From Phoronis australis (lineage: Eukaryota > Animalia > Phoronida): a DNA stretch of 64,000 nt. Of the stretch, positions 14,501 through 27,200 are shown piece after piece. The position numbers were made by a program, and so were the translations under genes. Location of the stretch: the NCBI GenBank assembly GCA_002633005.1, contig NMRA01000013.1, forward strand, positions 508,347-572,346, in the 5' to 3' direction. The first letter of the stretch is position 1; the number at the start of each line of letters is the position of its first letter. Below the pieces are notes generated by a model. The model did no database searches. It worked only from the letters and a program-made list of their open reading frames with translations, and was not told the DNA's origin.

Positions 14501-17500
14501 GGAAATGGCCAGTAATATCATAACACTGAGTCACCGGCTATGAAATCTAACATCCTTGACAGGCTTGACAATGTTTTGTTTAACATGGAAGAATACGCAT
14601 CAAGATAACGTTTCAACACATACCAGAGAATTGAACCCACTATACGTGGGAAAGACAACTTTCGTCTTGTAACAATCAGCTTGAGTTGAATTGCTTGTCC
14701 TCAGTGTGCCGATAATATCGACTAATAACTCCGTGTGTATCGATTTCAAACTAGGCCAAGGTGACGTAATCCGGTCTCACAAAATATCAATTTGACCCGC
14801 GATCAGTTAAGATGACTACGTACGTCGATAAACACGCGAATACTAACTCCCGTGGTTGAACAAATTACACGTCCTTACTTCAGACGGAGAGATCTCGTTC
14901 ACTGCAGAGGTCACGGCGCGCCTTCAGATGTTTAAAATAACTTCCAATGAATCATGGCCATTATTTTCTGTCAGCAGCATATAGAAATTATTTACAAAAC
15001 ACTCGTACGTCACGTCACGTGACATATTGACGTCATAGTTCTTGCTAATAGCGTTCCAAATATGGTAGCGTGTGTTCCATATATGGCCGTGTCGTTCCGG
15101 TGAGGCGGAGCTATCTTTCTGCGTCATAAGTCAAAGGTAAACATTTCTACGTGCTTGCGTACAGTCTACAATACGAACTGGTTCCTCAGTCTACACTAAA
15201 GGTCAGGTGTTGTAAATCGTCGATAGGAGTCGAAAGAGATTTCAGACGAAGTCACTTGTGTGGCAAACTTACCCCTGTACTTAAGAACAAATAAAAACAG
15301 GTTGTAAAAGGACTGAACTCCGTTCTCAACAGTGTACATGCAGGCCCAATAAGTCCTCTAGCAGAAGTTATAGCAAACATTTATTTATTACTTGTTTCCG
15401 TGAAGACATGTATTTTTAATACAGCTAGAAAAATAATGGTACATGAAAATGCAAGGAAAAGCGACGAGGTGGAACCAAGTCAGTCTTTGGTTGACGGAGA
15501 AATTTACGAAACAATTGTTGAAGTCGGCTCTCGGAATCTCTGAACGATGTGGATCTTGACGACTCCCCATCATTCGTCAGTGAGGACGTCAAGTTTTGTT
15601 CAAAATGTTTATCGGAGGAGTTTATTTGCAGAGTTTCATACAACGGACGTTTTTGCCAATTCTGTCAAGTTTTGTACTCTTTCCTTCGTTTTCACCACTA
15701 ACGAAACTCACCTGTTGAAAACACCAAAATAACAAAAAGCTTGCATGTATTTGCGTTTTTACGACCACTGTTTCGTTTCAGGTTAGAAATCACATCTACT
15801 ATAGTGTACTAAAGCAGGGGAGCTCTACTGGCTAGGAACCGGACGCATGTGCTCTGACAACTCGAATATTCGTCCTCTCAAGTCTTGTCTCTAGTGCATG
15901 CGCGCACCCAGCGTAAAATATAGGGAGGCTCGGATTTTCCCGTATGTGGACTTTATGAGCCCCCCCCCCCTCCCTGGGTGCGCGCATGTGGTGGGTATTT
16001 TTCTCCCGTACATAGTCTCGGTGGATTTTTACCCTCTGAGGTATTGACTCGAGGGACCTATTGGCTTCAGTCCTGGTATAGTCTCGGGTGGCCAAACCAA
16101 AAAGCGTAGACAGGGGTGGCTGACGGGAAGATTTCATCATTAATGTAAGCTGCCCATTTTCCCGATCTTAATGGTATTGCATTTTCTGGACTTTGAATGT
16201 GTCACGGTGGCATCCCCCTGCCCCTACCCAGTTTATGAAAAGGAAGTGCGCATTCAAATAAACCCATTCAAATGCACCCAGTTGGAAACGGAAACTCACG
16301 ATTTTTCTTCCTCATTGGGATTGTTCTGCACTTTCCGAAGTCTCTGAACTCCGCAGGGGGTCTTGGGTTAATAGGTCATCTGGGTAGGGGATTGGGGTCA
16401 CGGTCCCGGCCCGAACTAGAAAATCTTTGGAACTAGTGACCGGAGTAAACTTTGAGCCGGCATTGGCCAATCGAACTCCGCGCAGGCAGTCTGCAGTGCT
16501 CGTGGCCGTGTGCTCAGAATTTGGCGGCATTTCAGTGCGAGAAAGTGAAAAGCCGGGATACATTAATGCCACCCCTTTCTTCTAGAACAATATAAATAAT
16601 GGTGAAATAAAGTTTACGTTCTGTTTTTAGCCTTGATTTTCCAAACGTTTAGCCTCCAAAAGTGAGCTCATAGTGAAAATGTTTGTGAGACAATTACTTT
16701 GTAAGTATTTACAAACTCTCAATTACTCACCGACAGCACGAAAAAGTTTTCCACACATACCAGTATAACAACATCCATTCAGAACACGTATACCTCATTG
16801 TAGGATGTTTTTGGCAAGAAACCTGTTCCTGGACAAATTGCCCTTTCAAGCTACACCGTTCATTCCTTAGTTATATCAGTCATGTGCGCACTGAACAAAT
16901 TTATGCAGTTTAAAAAATAATTCAACAGAACACATGTGGCATGGAACTTTTATGCATGAATACATTTTCATGCAGGTCATTATTATAAATTATTGTCTAA
17001 GACGGCAAAATTCCAGAATAAAACTTTCCGCTAGCCCTCGTACTAAGAACACTCGAGCATAGCAACTGTCTGTAAGCTGTAAGTACGCCACCTGGTGTTA
17101 CAACATAAAATTTTCTCATTAGCACCCGTGTAGATTTTGTCACCTGCCAAGTTCTATCACAAGATGATGTGTTGAACACACGTGGTATTTGCATGTACAA
17201 ATCGAAGTGAGGCATTATTGAACAGTTTTCATGATGCTCTGACGATTTGACTTTCGTACTGCTAGTGAAATACTGATCTGTGGAGATTTCGGTTTGTTTT
17301 GAGTCGAGTTGATTACGTAGGATCTTATTGATAAGTCCGTGTATTTACTGAAACTCCACGAAACTGGTAAAAGTACACCTTTCCTCAAACCAGAAAGCCT
17401 GTAAAATTCAATTTTTTACTTTGTACCAACCTCCCAGTGATTATTTGTCAGGTGACCATGTCTTTTTAGTAAAATGTAGCAAAAAGAAATGTTCATTCAT

Positions 17501-18019
17501 TGCAAAGCAACAGTATTGATAACATGACCAAATTTCGTTTAAGATAAAACCTCAAAAATCTGGTACAGTAATAAAAAATTTTGTTCGTTTTATGCAACTT
17601 CATAAATATCATATAAATGGGACAATTTTTATCAGAGCGACCCTCGTGCAAAGTGGAATGTTTTAAAAATATTTCCTAGCAGCGTTTTGAGGAGCTAAAG
17701 TACCTGAAGGTTTCAAATGAATCAAATCAGCCATTTCTGAAATAAGACCGTTAAGCTATACTAAGCTACAGCCTATGGCCCCGCGCAAAACAGGGGCCCC
17801 ACCTTCAAGAAACGGGGCCCCAAAGCAAATTCTTGTCAAGAACTTTTTGATGTGAATAGTTGTGTCAAGAGAGCAGTGGAGAACTTGGCAAAAATGTCGT
17901 TGCAAAACGGCATTTGGTAAACATTTTGTCATGATTTTCTTTACTGCTAACTTATTTTTGTTTTTGCTGGAGCTTTGTATTGCTGTAAATAGTCAATATA
18001 GTAAACGGCGGCGTAAAGG

Positions 18020-18067
18020 CGTGTGTGTGCGTGCGTGGGTGCGTGCGTTCGTGCGTGTTTGTGTGTG
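18020..18067 (+). repeat. (GTGC/GT)n microsatellite
   Basis: gtgtgtgtgcgtgcgtgggtgcgtgcgttcgtgcgtgtttgtgtgtg. Confidence 0.85.
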
Positions 18068-18207
18068 ATCACACCTCGGGTGGACAATGTCCACAGTTTA
18101 CATGTACGTTTGTAGCCTAATTGTTTTTATTTCAAAAAAATTTCGCGTAAACTATCTCACGATTACCATGATTCGTAATCAATAATGAAACGATACAAAA
18201 AAAAACG

Positions 18208-19210
18208 TTGGATAACTTGTTAAGTAATCCTGTTACTTACAATAGCAACACAAATGCAATACATTCTCTACTGTCTCTAATTCGGACATTTAATTATACT
18301 ATCCGTTGTCTCTATTACGTTAAAATGAAACAAACACACAACAACGGTCATCAAAAAAGAAAGCAAAGGCGACAGTTTGAAAAAGGCTGTAAAAATACGC
18401 AAACAAAATACTTTCATGTCACTGTAGTTCCGGAAAACAAAGGAAAATTTCCAAAAACAAAACACAAGTCTCAACACTGTTCTCATCAGCCATTACATGA
18501 TGATTCTGATACTGAGTCACCCGCGTGCTCTACACTAAGTGAGCCAAAGTCTGAAAGCAAGTCAGAAAACGTTATTGAAAATTTATCACTCGCAAACCTG
18601 ATAAATTCTGAGACATTCACGAACGATTTCGAACAACGGGTTTCGTTAGCAGAAGACGAAAAGTGCTACTGGATGCACGAAGGTCCTTCAGATTGCCAGA
18701 TTGGTTTGTTCTTTTAATGATGTCGCTCGGTGAGCTACTGCACAGACATATATGAACCGCACTCAAGAAATGCTGGGAGAAGTTATCCAGCAACGAATGT
18801 CGAATTGTTTTTAACGAAGTCTGTACCAGATACACTACTGCCGACTTACACTAGGAAGTTTAAGACAAAGAGTGATTAGTGTATTCCGTAACAATTGGTT
18901 GTGTCAGCCATTGTTTTATTTGTAAACTTTTTCAACATCCAACATTCATTCGTCACAAGCGGCTTTTCCCATTGGCGAAATCCAGTTCCCAGTTGAAATA
19001 TTGAAGAAGGAATCCAGCTTATGATGACAAAACCTTATTGGTGAACTGCGCTGCATCGCCATGTTTTCGAGTCTCATGTTTACTAATTGCTCTGGAGAAA
19101 TGACATTTTCACAATTTAAAAAGTGTACTGAGATCAACGACATCGCATGAAAACAGTTAAGGCATCTATGACGAAGACAGAATGGAAGTTTTCCGCGGTG
19201 AAATCAAGAA
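18208..19210 (+). pseudogene. hAT transposase pseudogene (frameshifts, stops, deletions)
   Basis: N-terminal GHQKRKQRR basic motif in ORF 18208..18717; at 19061 MFSSLMFTNCSGEMTFSQFKK resembles the hAT C-terminal dimerisation motif (SLMVTNCSGERSFSKLK). Confidence 0.7.
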
Positions 19211-19657
19211 AACGGAACTTCGCAAAATCATATCACGATTACCGCAAATGAGCACATAGTGGAAATTCGTTTAAATGTTCGCTAGTTTATAGTGACAGCT
19301 TTTCAGGTAGGAATACACTGATTAATCCAAATTTCGGTTTGTTTAGTTTATTCCGGTTGGTATTTAGGTTACTTCATATTAGTAAGTGAGGCCCCGGACT
19401 TCTGGTACTCGTCGCTATTCCATTAGGAGAACTTCGGTTTACCGAAGCTTCACCGAAACTTCCTAAATCAACTTGACTAGAAGCAAACAGATCCATTAAA
19501 TGGTAAAAAGTTGGGCTTATGTCAATATTCTACAGTGGAAAGCAAACTTTTCGTGTTTTTACTGTACTGTGGCAATACATTTTCAATAAGTAGCCTCAGA
19601 CCATATACGTACGTTTCAGCCTTATGTCGATTTTAATCGTGTTAACTAAATCAATCA

Positions 19658-19709
19658 TGGAAAACCATGGACTTATATACATTCTTGTATAAGAGTCCAT
19701 GTGGAAAAC
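19658..19709. mobile_element. P-type TIR remnant (36 bp) with 8-bp TSD
   Basis: tggaaaac-[CATGGACTTATATAC attctt GTATAAGAGTCCATG]-tggaaaac. Confidence 0.7.
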
Positions 19710-21503
19710 AGAGCAACTGCATGAGAAAACTTGAAAATGTCCTATTTTTTGACTCTTCAACAAGACAACCTGTCGTCAATCGAAATAAAAACAAAAACGC
19801 AAAACAGATGACCTAGTTTGAAAACTGACGATTCAATACATGTAATGTCGGTGCACCCGGAAGAAGCAATTTCTAGGAATGGCATAAACAAATAAGGTAG
19901 GGTACACATAAATGAAACATAAACAAGATAAGAGACAGGACTTATTTTTACACACGGCCCACATTCGCTGGTTGGTTGGTTTCGCCCATCCTATATATTC
20001 GTGTGATGTGTATCTCGAATGAAGTAAACTGTGTGTGTACCACTAAAGCAATTGAGGATGCACTTGTCAGATAAGCTTGTACACGACAATAATAAATCAG
20101 TCATGAATACTAATCAAATGTTAAGACGTGAGGTGAAATGAATTAAACTGTGTTCATTCAGTCAAGCGCGCGACCCTTTCCGCTAAGCAACAAAAGAAGC
20201 ACGACAGCGGGAGTCATACAAACATTTGAAAATCGAAAGAAATGCCTAGTTCCATACATGATAATCAGAGCCGCGTACGCATCGCATGTTCCCAGCAATA
20301 GCTGTGTGTCAATAACTGGCATTTTCGCAATAATAAAAGAATAGTGGACACGCGTTGGTCAACAGGTAGGACGGGTGCACGGACGTATATTCATTGATCG
20401 CATTCATCCAGCTATGACCGTCAAAATCGTGCGCGCGTGCGATAACCACGTCGTCTCATCCAATAACATCCGAAAAAGGCGACACTAAAACCAAGACATG
20501 CAGATAATCCTAGCATAAGTTTGCCTTCATTTTTGCCGCAAAAGAACGCGAACACCGAGTTTCACAGTGTAGACTAGAGCTCACTGAACACTTGTACTTC
20601 ACGAACGTACGCGGAGTGTTGGTATAAATTTTCCTTTCAATTTCTACCAGACCAGACGAAACGAATGGCTTACACACCCAACTTGACTGACTTTTTATTA
20701 GAGGCCAACGAAACAAAAATAGTTGTTAAGTTTTAAATTAATTGATCGTGTTGTCGCGGTTTCATTTTGTGCGGACGATTTTCTTCCCGCGACCGGCCGA
20801 GTAATGTTGAAGGTAGACAACCTCCTCCATTACGCGGCAGACCACTCGGGTCATTAACGGTTCCCACGAATATCAATTATCGCGAGTTGTTTTTCCATCG
20901 CATTTGGTACTGTGTTCTGTGCATATACTGCAATTCTCGTTTTTGCGAACAAATTTCTTGGGCGGCGCACCATAGGGGGCTGTAGAGGGGGGTTATAGCT
21001 CCTCCATTCAGCCCGAGTGCTGCGCCGCCCATGCCTTTTCCTCGGTACTCTCTTATTACGTACGTTTGGTCTGTAACGCGCCTGGAAAGACACCAACTCT
21101 TCTTTTTATCTGTGTGCACATCACCATCGTTGTGTTACTGTTAAGCATTGCCAGCAAGCGGGAGTGGCATTGTATCAAGAATTGGAAAATCGTCTTTTCA
21201 GGGAATAAATGAACTGAGTTTCTAAAATTGTGTTCCTTGAAACTGACAGAAATGCTGAGCAGTGATAAATGCGGCTATTTTAGGGTTGGCCAACATTAAT
21301 AATTGAGTCTCAGGTGGTTTCTTTGTTCTTGGTGGTAACAGTAATAGCATCCTCAGGCTAAGCAGTATTACGAGTCCGATATCATCCAGCAAAAGACCAA
21401 ATTTGATTTTCGCTTTTTAGCCAGCCAACGTCTGCACCCTTAACAAATGCCTTCACACTTTATATGGCAAGTTTGTGCAAATTAAAATCTAAACGTTATG
21501 ACC

Positions 21504-21717
21504 TGGGGTCCGTTCCAACAAAACTGACTTAGCTAAGACAAATCTTAACTTTTAGAAAATTTTAACATAAAACTTAAATTTGTCTCAAGATCGTTTCAAG
21601 AAAGAGATCTTAAGTTTGAGTTAAGTTTTTGGTAAAAGTTTTGTCTTAATTTTGACTGTCTTACTGCATGTGGCAGTTTCAAAGTTTGGAAGTTAAAAAC
21701 AAATCTTAGACTTAAGT
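21504..21717 (+). mobile_element. Partial MITE, same family as 62164-62360, interrupted by a HINE-like insertion
   Basis: cgttccaacaaaactgact.agctaa...aaacttaaatttgtct shared with the 62.2-kb copy. Confidence 0.7.
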
Positions 21718-22702
21718 AACAAGAGCAACGCGAGCGTTGAAATGCGCCCACGAATACATTGCAAATGGTGTGCTTTTAGGTTATTTATTTGTATCATCAA
21801 AAAACAGGAAAATGTCATATTTCATAAAAATCTGTCAAGGAACTTCAGAGAAACAAAGGAAAACCGGTTTGGTTGATAGAGGGGTGGACGCAAAAAACAC
21901 TCGAAAACAGTAAAAATGACCACTAGGTGGCACAAACTATGTCAAATCCATCCGAAAACGGAAGGATGGTGTCATCATACTAATAGGTGCCTACATACCA
22001 AACTTCATGAAAATCCGTTTAGGACTTTTGAAGGTAAGCGTAAAAAATAAAACTGCCACTAGGGGGCACACCGGTAATCGGATTCGTCCGAAAGTCGTCG
22101 TCGTCTGTTGTTAACATCATATAAATACACTTACTAAATTTTGTAAAGATCCTGCGAACGGTTTAGGAGATACAGCCATAGGCGCAAAAAACAAAACTGA
22201 AACTAGGAGGCGCCACAGTAGTCGAAATCGTCGGGAAATCATCGTCAACCGTCTTTCTTCCTAGTAAACACATACATGCCAAGTTTCACAACCATCCTTT
22301 CAGCGGTTTGGTTGATAGAGGAGTGGACGCCAAAAAACAGACTCGAAAACAGATAAAATTGGCCACTTGGCGCAAATTACGTCGAATCCATCCGAAAACT
22401 AGAGGATAGTTTCAATTTACTAATAGATGCCTAAATTCCAAATTTTATGAACCTACGTCGAGGACTTCCGAACGCCGGGCCCATAGAGGCAAGCGTAAAA
22501 AACTAAAATTGCCACTAGGGGGCACACCGGTAGTCAGAGAGGTCCGAAATTCGTCATCTGTCGTCAGCTTCATAGGAACACAACTTCCAAATCTCATCAA
22601 GATCCTGTGAGGGGTTTAGGAGATACAGCTGCAGATACCGGACCCCCCGGACAGACAGAGATGACAGCAATATGCGACCACATATAAATATGTGGGTGCT
22701 TA
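21718..22702 (+). mobile_element. Non-autonomous Helentron (HINE/DINE-1-like) element with internal ~140-160-bp tandem units
   Basis: Starts aacaagagc; internal units with ccactagggggcac and higher-order period of about 440 bp (cggtttggttgatagagg twice); cggacagacaga microsatellite; 3' hairpin ccacatat-aa-atatgtgg. Confidence 0.65.
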
Positions 22703-23469
22703 CACTTCAGCCAAATATATAGTCATAATTTGAATGTCGGAGAACTCATGAACAATAACCACTGCAAAAGTCAGAATTTGAAAACATGTCGGTACCTCAA
22801 ATTTTCCAAGTTACAGCTGAAAAGTTTAACAAGGAAGATATAGTCAAAACTAAAATGGCCAGTGTCATAAGTGTAACTGACCCCAAAATCAGACTGGTGC
22901 TAGTGCATTTCCGACATATCACTATGAGTCAAATTTCATCATGATCTGAGCAAGTCCATGTACAAGCAAAGATAATCACAGATGCATGTGACCCCAAGTT
23001 TTTGTTTGTGCTCAACATGATGCCTTAACCCCATACAAATTTCAGTACATTCTTTGGTAGGGAGAGGGGAGGGGGTTAAGATCACTCTCATGGAGTGGAG
23101 TATATACACAAGTCAAGTCAAATCATTGTCTTGCTCACATTGGAATGTAGATCAACAAAGAAACAGTAATTGCAATGCACATTAATTCTGTTTCTATTTT
23201 TGTTGCAGTGAACCAATCTGTGTTGTACAAGATCAATTTTGACTAAGGGATTTAGTTTTTATAGTCTGCACGGTTCAAAACGTGCTGGAAAAATATATCG
23301 TCACAAACAGGCAGGGTTTATCACTGACTTTTCCCTAATCTCCAACTGAAATAAAAGAAGTCCCTCCTGGTAATCCTTATGTTATGGTAAGGAACACTGA
23401 AATTCCACCCCATCTAAATTGCATTCTTAGCGGTTACAGGTTGGGAAATGTGATGTAGAACTGATAATA

Positions 23470-23825
23470 CAAATGGCCACTAGGTGGAGAAGAATATGTT
23501 GAATCCCTCTACTTTGAAAGAGTGTTGGCCTCTCCTTAGACAGAAGCCCATTTGCCAAATTTCAAGGAAATCCATCAATGGATATGGAAGACTACAACTG
23601 GAAATACAAAAAACTAAATTTGTCACTAGAGGGCACATCGGTGGTCAGATTCATCCAAAAGTTGTCATCCGTTGTCAAGATCCTACAAATACACTGATCA
23701 CATTTCACAAAGATCCAGCAAGGGGTTCAAGAGATATAGAGATGCAGAGGCTGAAGGAACACCATCTGCACGCTAGACAAAGACAACAGCAACACGTAAG
23801 CATATTTTTTGTGGGAGCATCAAAA
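23470..23825 (+). mobile_element. Degenerate 3' fragment of the same HINE-like family
   Basis: ccactaggtgg and gtcactagagggcac units, caaatttca, tail gacaacagcaa...tgtgggagcat. Confidence 0.55.
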
Positions 23826-23834
23826 TGAAGCAGT

Positions 23835-23840
23835 TTTATT
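23835..23840 (-). promoter_or_regulatory. Candidate polyadenylation signal (AATAAA) of the stabilin-like gene
   Basis: Minus-strand AATAAA about 280 nt after the stop; such hexamers are common by chance in AT-rich DNA. Confidence 0.35.
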
Positions 23841-24118
23841 TACAATTTTCAGTTCACAAAATTAAATTCCACTTTTCACCATATATAACATGAGTTAAAA
23901 AGCTAAAAATGACACAATAATCCAAAATCGTTCCTTAATAGACCATTCGCATCCACAAATAACAACATTTAACAGATTCTCGTTGCTATGCAACAAAATA
24001 TTCTCAAACTTGCCGCCATTGCAAAAGTGGCTGATTATTTGCTAATCGGTAGGTAAACGAGACAGAAAATTCAAATAATTATTATCTTCAAACAGTTTCA
24101 TTGGAGAAAACAGTCCTC

Positions 24119-24271
24119 TTAAAGAGACGCGGTGCTAGTTCTAGTTTCGTACAAGGGATTATCAAACGAACGGTCGGGTACATCTTGAGTTTTCTTTGAA
24201 CTTGACACAGATGGAGGATTCGGCGGCACAGGTTCATCAAATCTCTCAAAGGTTCCACAGTTTTGTTGGGA
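24119..24271 (-). CDS. STAB2: Stabilin-like terminal coding exon, cytoplasmic tail (SQQNCGTFERFDEPVPPNPPSVSSSKKTQDVPDRSFDNPLYETRTSTASL*)
   Basis: tcttttggttttcag acceptor, phase 0; FDNPLY (FxNPxY) endocytosis motif; TAA stop at 24119-24121. Confidence 0.88.
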   Translation of the reverse strand, partial: SQQNCGTFERFDEPVPPNPPSVSSSKKTQDVPDRSFDNPLYETRTSTASL

Positions 24272-27200
24272 CTGAAAACCAAAAGACTAAACGCCATCAT
24301 GTCATTCTGGGCTGGGCTACTCAAAATCCACACAGAGTAATAAAACAATTATCTTATCAGCCAGGATCAAAACTCTTTGCTAACCTGTGTTTACTTACAC
24401 AAATGGGACAGTTGTGTGACTAAGAGACGGGTTCACAACGAACTACATTCACTGACCTTGCACGTCTTCAAAAAGTCTATTGTGTGTCAACAACACAGAT
24501 GATTTACAAACGCAAAATTCTAAACCACTATTCAGACTTAAGTTACCCCCTCCAAGCAACCTAATGAAACAGGACTAAGACCTCGATCATCCTCAGTTCC
24601 CGAAAACATTAGACATGACATGAAATTGTCATTTACATTGAATCCCTGCCGCAGGATCGACTCGTTATCCAGCGAGTTCAGATAGCTCATTTCCATATCT
24701 TTTGTGTTGCTTATGACACAAGCCAGGTGAAGATAATTCAGCGAGGACTGCTCTCCTCATCAGTCAAGCAACTGAAGTCAATTTAATTTTGAAGCAAGAA
24801 AAGCCGGTTACATTGGACGGATTTTTATGATTCGCATACAGCCATCTTTGACCTGAAGTTAATGCTTTACAGCACATGTGTAGCACGTGAGCTACAATAA
24901 TCGTACAGATTATCAGTCATGTACGTTAAAAATTGCGACCTCTATGAGCATTTGAATCTGAATTTGAAAACAAAATTGCCACCAGTCATACGCCATCTTG
25001 AACCCGATCATGAGTAAAAAAATAGGCTTCAAGCCATCCACGAGACACACGTGTGTAAATTTCGCAGCAATCCGATGACTGCAATCAGTAGCGTGCAAAC
25101 AAGAAACAAACAAAACAAAAATATTACGAATTTTATGACAAAGAAACATACTTGGAGAAATTTCATTTCACCAAGTAATGGAAATTGGTGAAATTTTTCT
25201 GTATCATCACTGTACATTGGCCCCTGATACTCTCGGCTACCCAGGCATGCATTTTGTAAGTTTTCAGAAATGTTCGTAATTACAAACTATTCACAAACAG
25301 TCTAGGAGAGTGCGCCAAGCCAAGAGTACCGTATATATACCCTATAGACAATTACCATAGATACAACCAAGGAAACTGCATATAATGCATTACACTGACC
25401 AATTAAGGGTGATTAGGTAAGATCTGTGGAGAATTCCGTCGCGTCTGCAACACAACATAGTTTGTGCAGGGCTCTCTACTTTGAAATTACAAATTCATTC
25501 AATATTCTATGGAATAGGATTTTCATTGCTGATCATCATTTTGTTAATAGAAATGTTGCAAACCAGCAGGAATTGATCAAAAACATTCAAAGATTAGAGA
25601 ACTGGGCAATTAGTCAGCTGTCCTGACTTGTTGTCATAGCGATGATCGGTTCAATCCAATCACCAAGACAACATGGTGCGTGCCTGTCTCAAGAGACACA
25701 CCACTGACTGCATGTAGCAGCGAGTAGTCTGAGAGAAGAGAAATTCGCGACACCAAAATTCAAGACAAAATAGAATTTTCTTCATTCTGAAGATTACGAC
25801 ATGGGCGACTTTGACATTTATTGCATTTCTCGAATATGTTGTTTTGTATCGAAAACGTCTTAAAGTATATTTGGCAGTTCTCACAATCGTCAAAAAAATC
25901 TAACATTGAAATATTTTCATGCATTCCAATAATAATTCCCTTTGAGGTGAATGAACCATTGTCATTAATCGTAATTTCAGAATTTGGAACTGTTAATATC
26001 GACTATATCTAGAATTTTGTACAAGCTTCGACCTTGACTAAAAATAAATTCTCCCTGTGGCAAAACTGGAGAATTCTTAATGTAATCAATGGACGTATCA
26101 AATTTTCTGAAGAATATATTCTACCAAGTAACACTACATAGCTATACCTGCCAACAAAACCGACCAGCCTTTTTCCTGTAAACCAACAGACAGGTAGTGA
26201 CGGCAGTTACCACGAGCAAGAACAGAGCCACGATGGCCAAGCTGGTGACAGCGTATTTAACTACTTTCTGTGAATAATAAAAACAAACAAACGCTGAAAC
26301 AACACAACATGAAAAGAGAGACAAAACTTTCTCAAGCAATAAAAGTCACAATCAAGCACACACATACAAAATCTCATAAGTATGACAATCACTGTCGTCA
26401 ACTTAAGACACACTATGCCAGACAAGTGAAACACTTAAGGACACACTATGCCAGACAAGTGAAACACTTAGGACACACTATGCAGTGAAATATTATTTAT
26501 CATTTTTCATTGAAGATAGCACCAAATCAATGTTTTACCATGTTCAAAATCTGCATTAGAATTTACTGCTTACTTTCTCTGACTTAAAGATAGTCTAGTT
26601 AAAATTAGAATCTCACCAATGTAGGACATGACATGGCCACTCGGTGAAATTCTAGACTAAAATTAAAAGTGCCTGTTCATAATTAACCCTTAGGCATTTT
26701 CAAGTTCTGCACCACAGTCACCACCATACAATAATTTGAAAAAACAAAGTTATGGAAGACCTCGAAAAATGAAAGAAATGGCCGAAAACAGTGAACATGT
26801 GCTGCAAGGAATTAATATCCGACTCTTACCAGGTGTTGTGCTGAGGCAACAGTATTCTGAAATGTAGAAGAAGGTCAGATGACAATTGCATGTCGTGAAC
26901 ACATCCACTAAAACAAGAAACTGTAGGAACACCACATATATCCACCTTCACTCTTATCGGGCTTCTATTGTGAGTCAGCATGCGTGAATAATTGGCTGAT
27001 AAGCCACCTCTGGAACTACTTTTGGCTGAATGGATGACCAGGCCAAAAAATGATAATTAGCCAAGACCAGTTACTATAATGCAACAAAGAATAATGTCTT
27101 GCATCACCTAGCCTTGGTGGAAAGCTGTATACTGTATTGGCTCAAACAAATGCTTAAAAAAATTCATTTCACGGGGAGGGGACGCTTATTGTAGTGAGCC

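Larger units (their letters stand above)
17770..19420 (+). mobile_element. Decayed hAT DNA transposon (ends approximate)
   Basis: Subterminal GGCCCC repeats at about 17777-17821 and 19391; internal transposase relic. Confidence 0.6.

Noticed and set aside
24088-24348. 86-aa minus-strand ORF as the receptor tail
   Set aside because: Wrong frame; the phase-0 frame from the 24271 acceptor gives the FDNPLY tail.
25660-25728. Possible alternative terminal or tail exon (TTRCYMQSVVCLLRQARTMLSW*)
   Set aside because: Good acceptor, but no conserved motif or clear donor; cannot be supported without transcripts.
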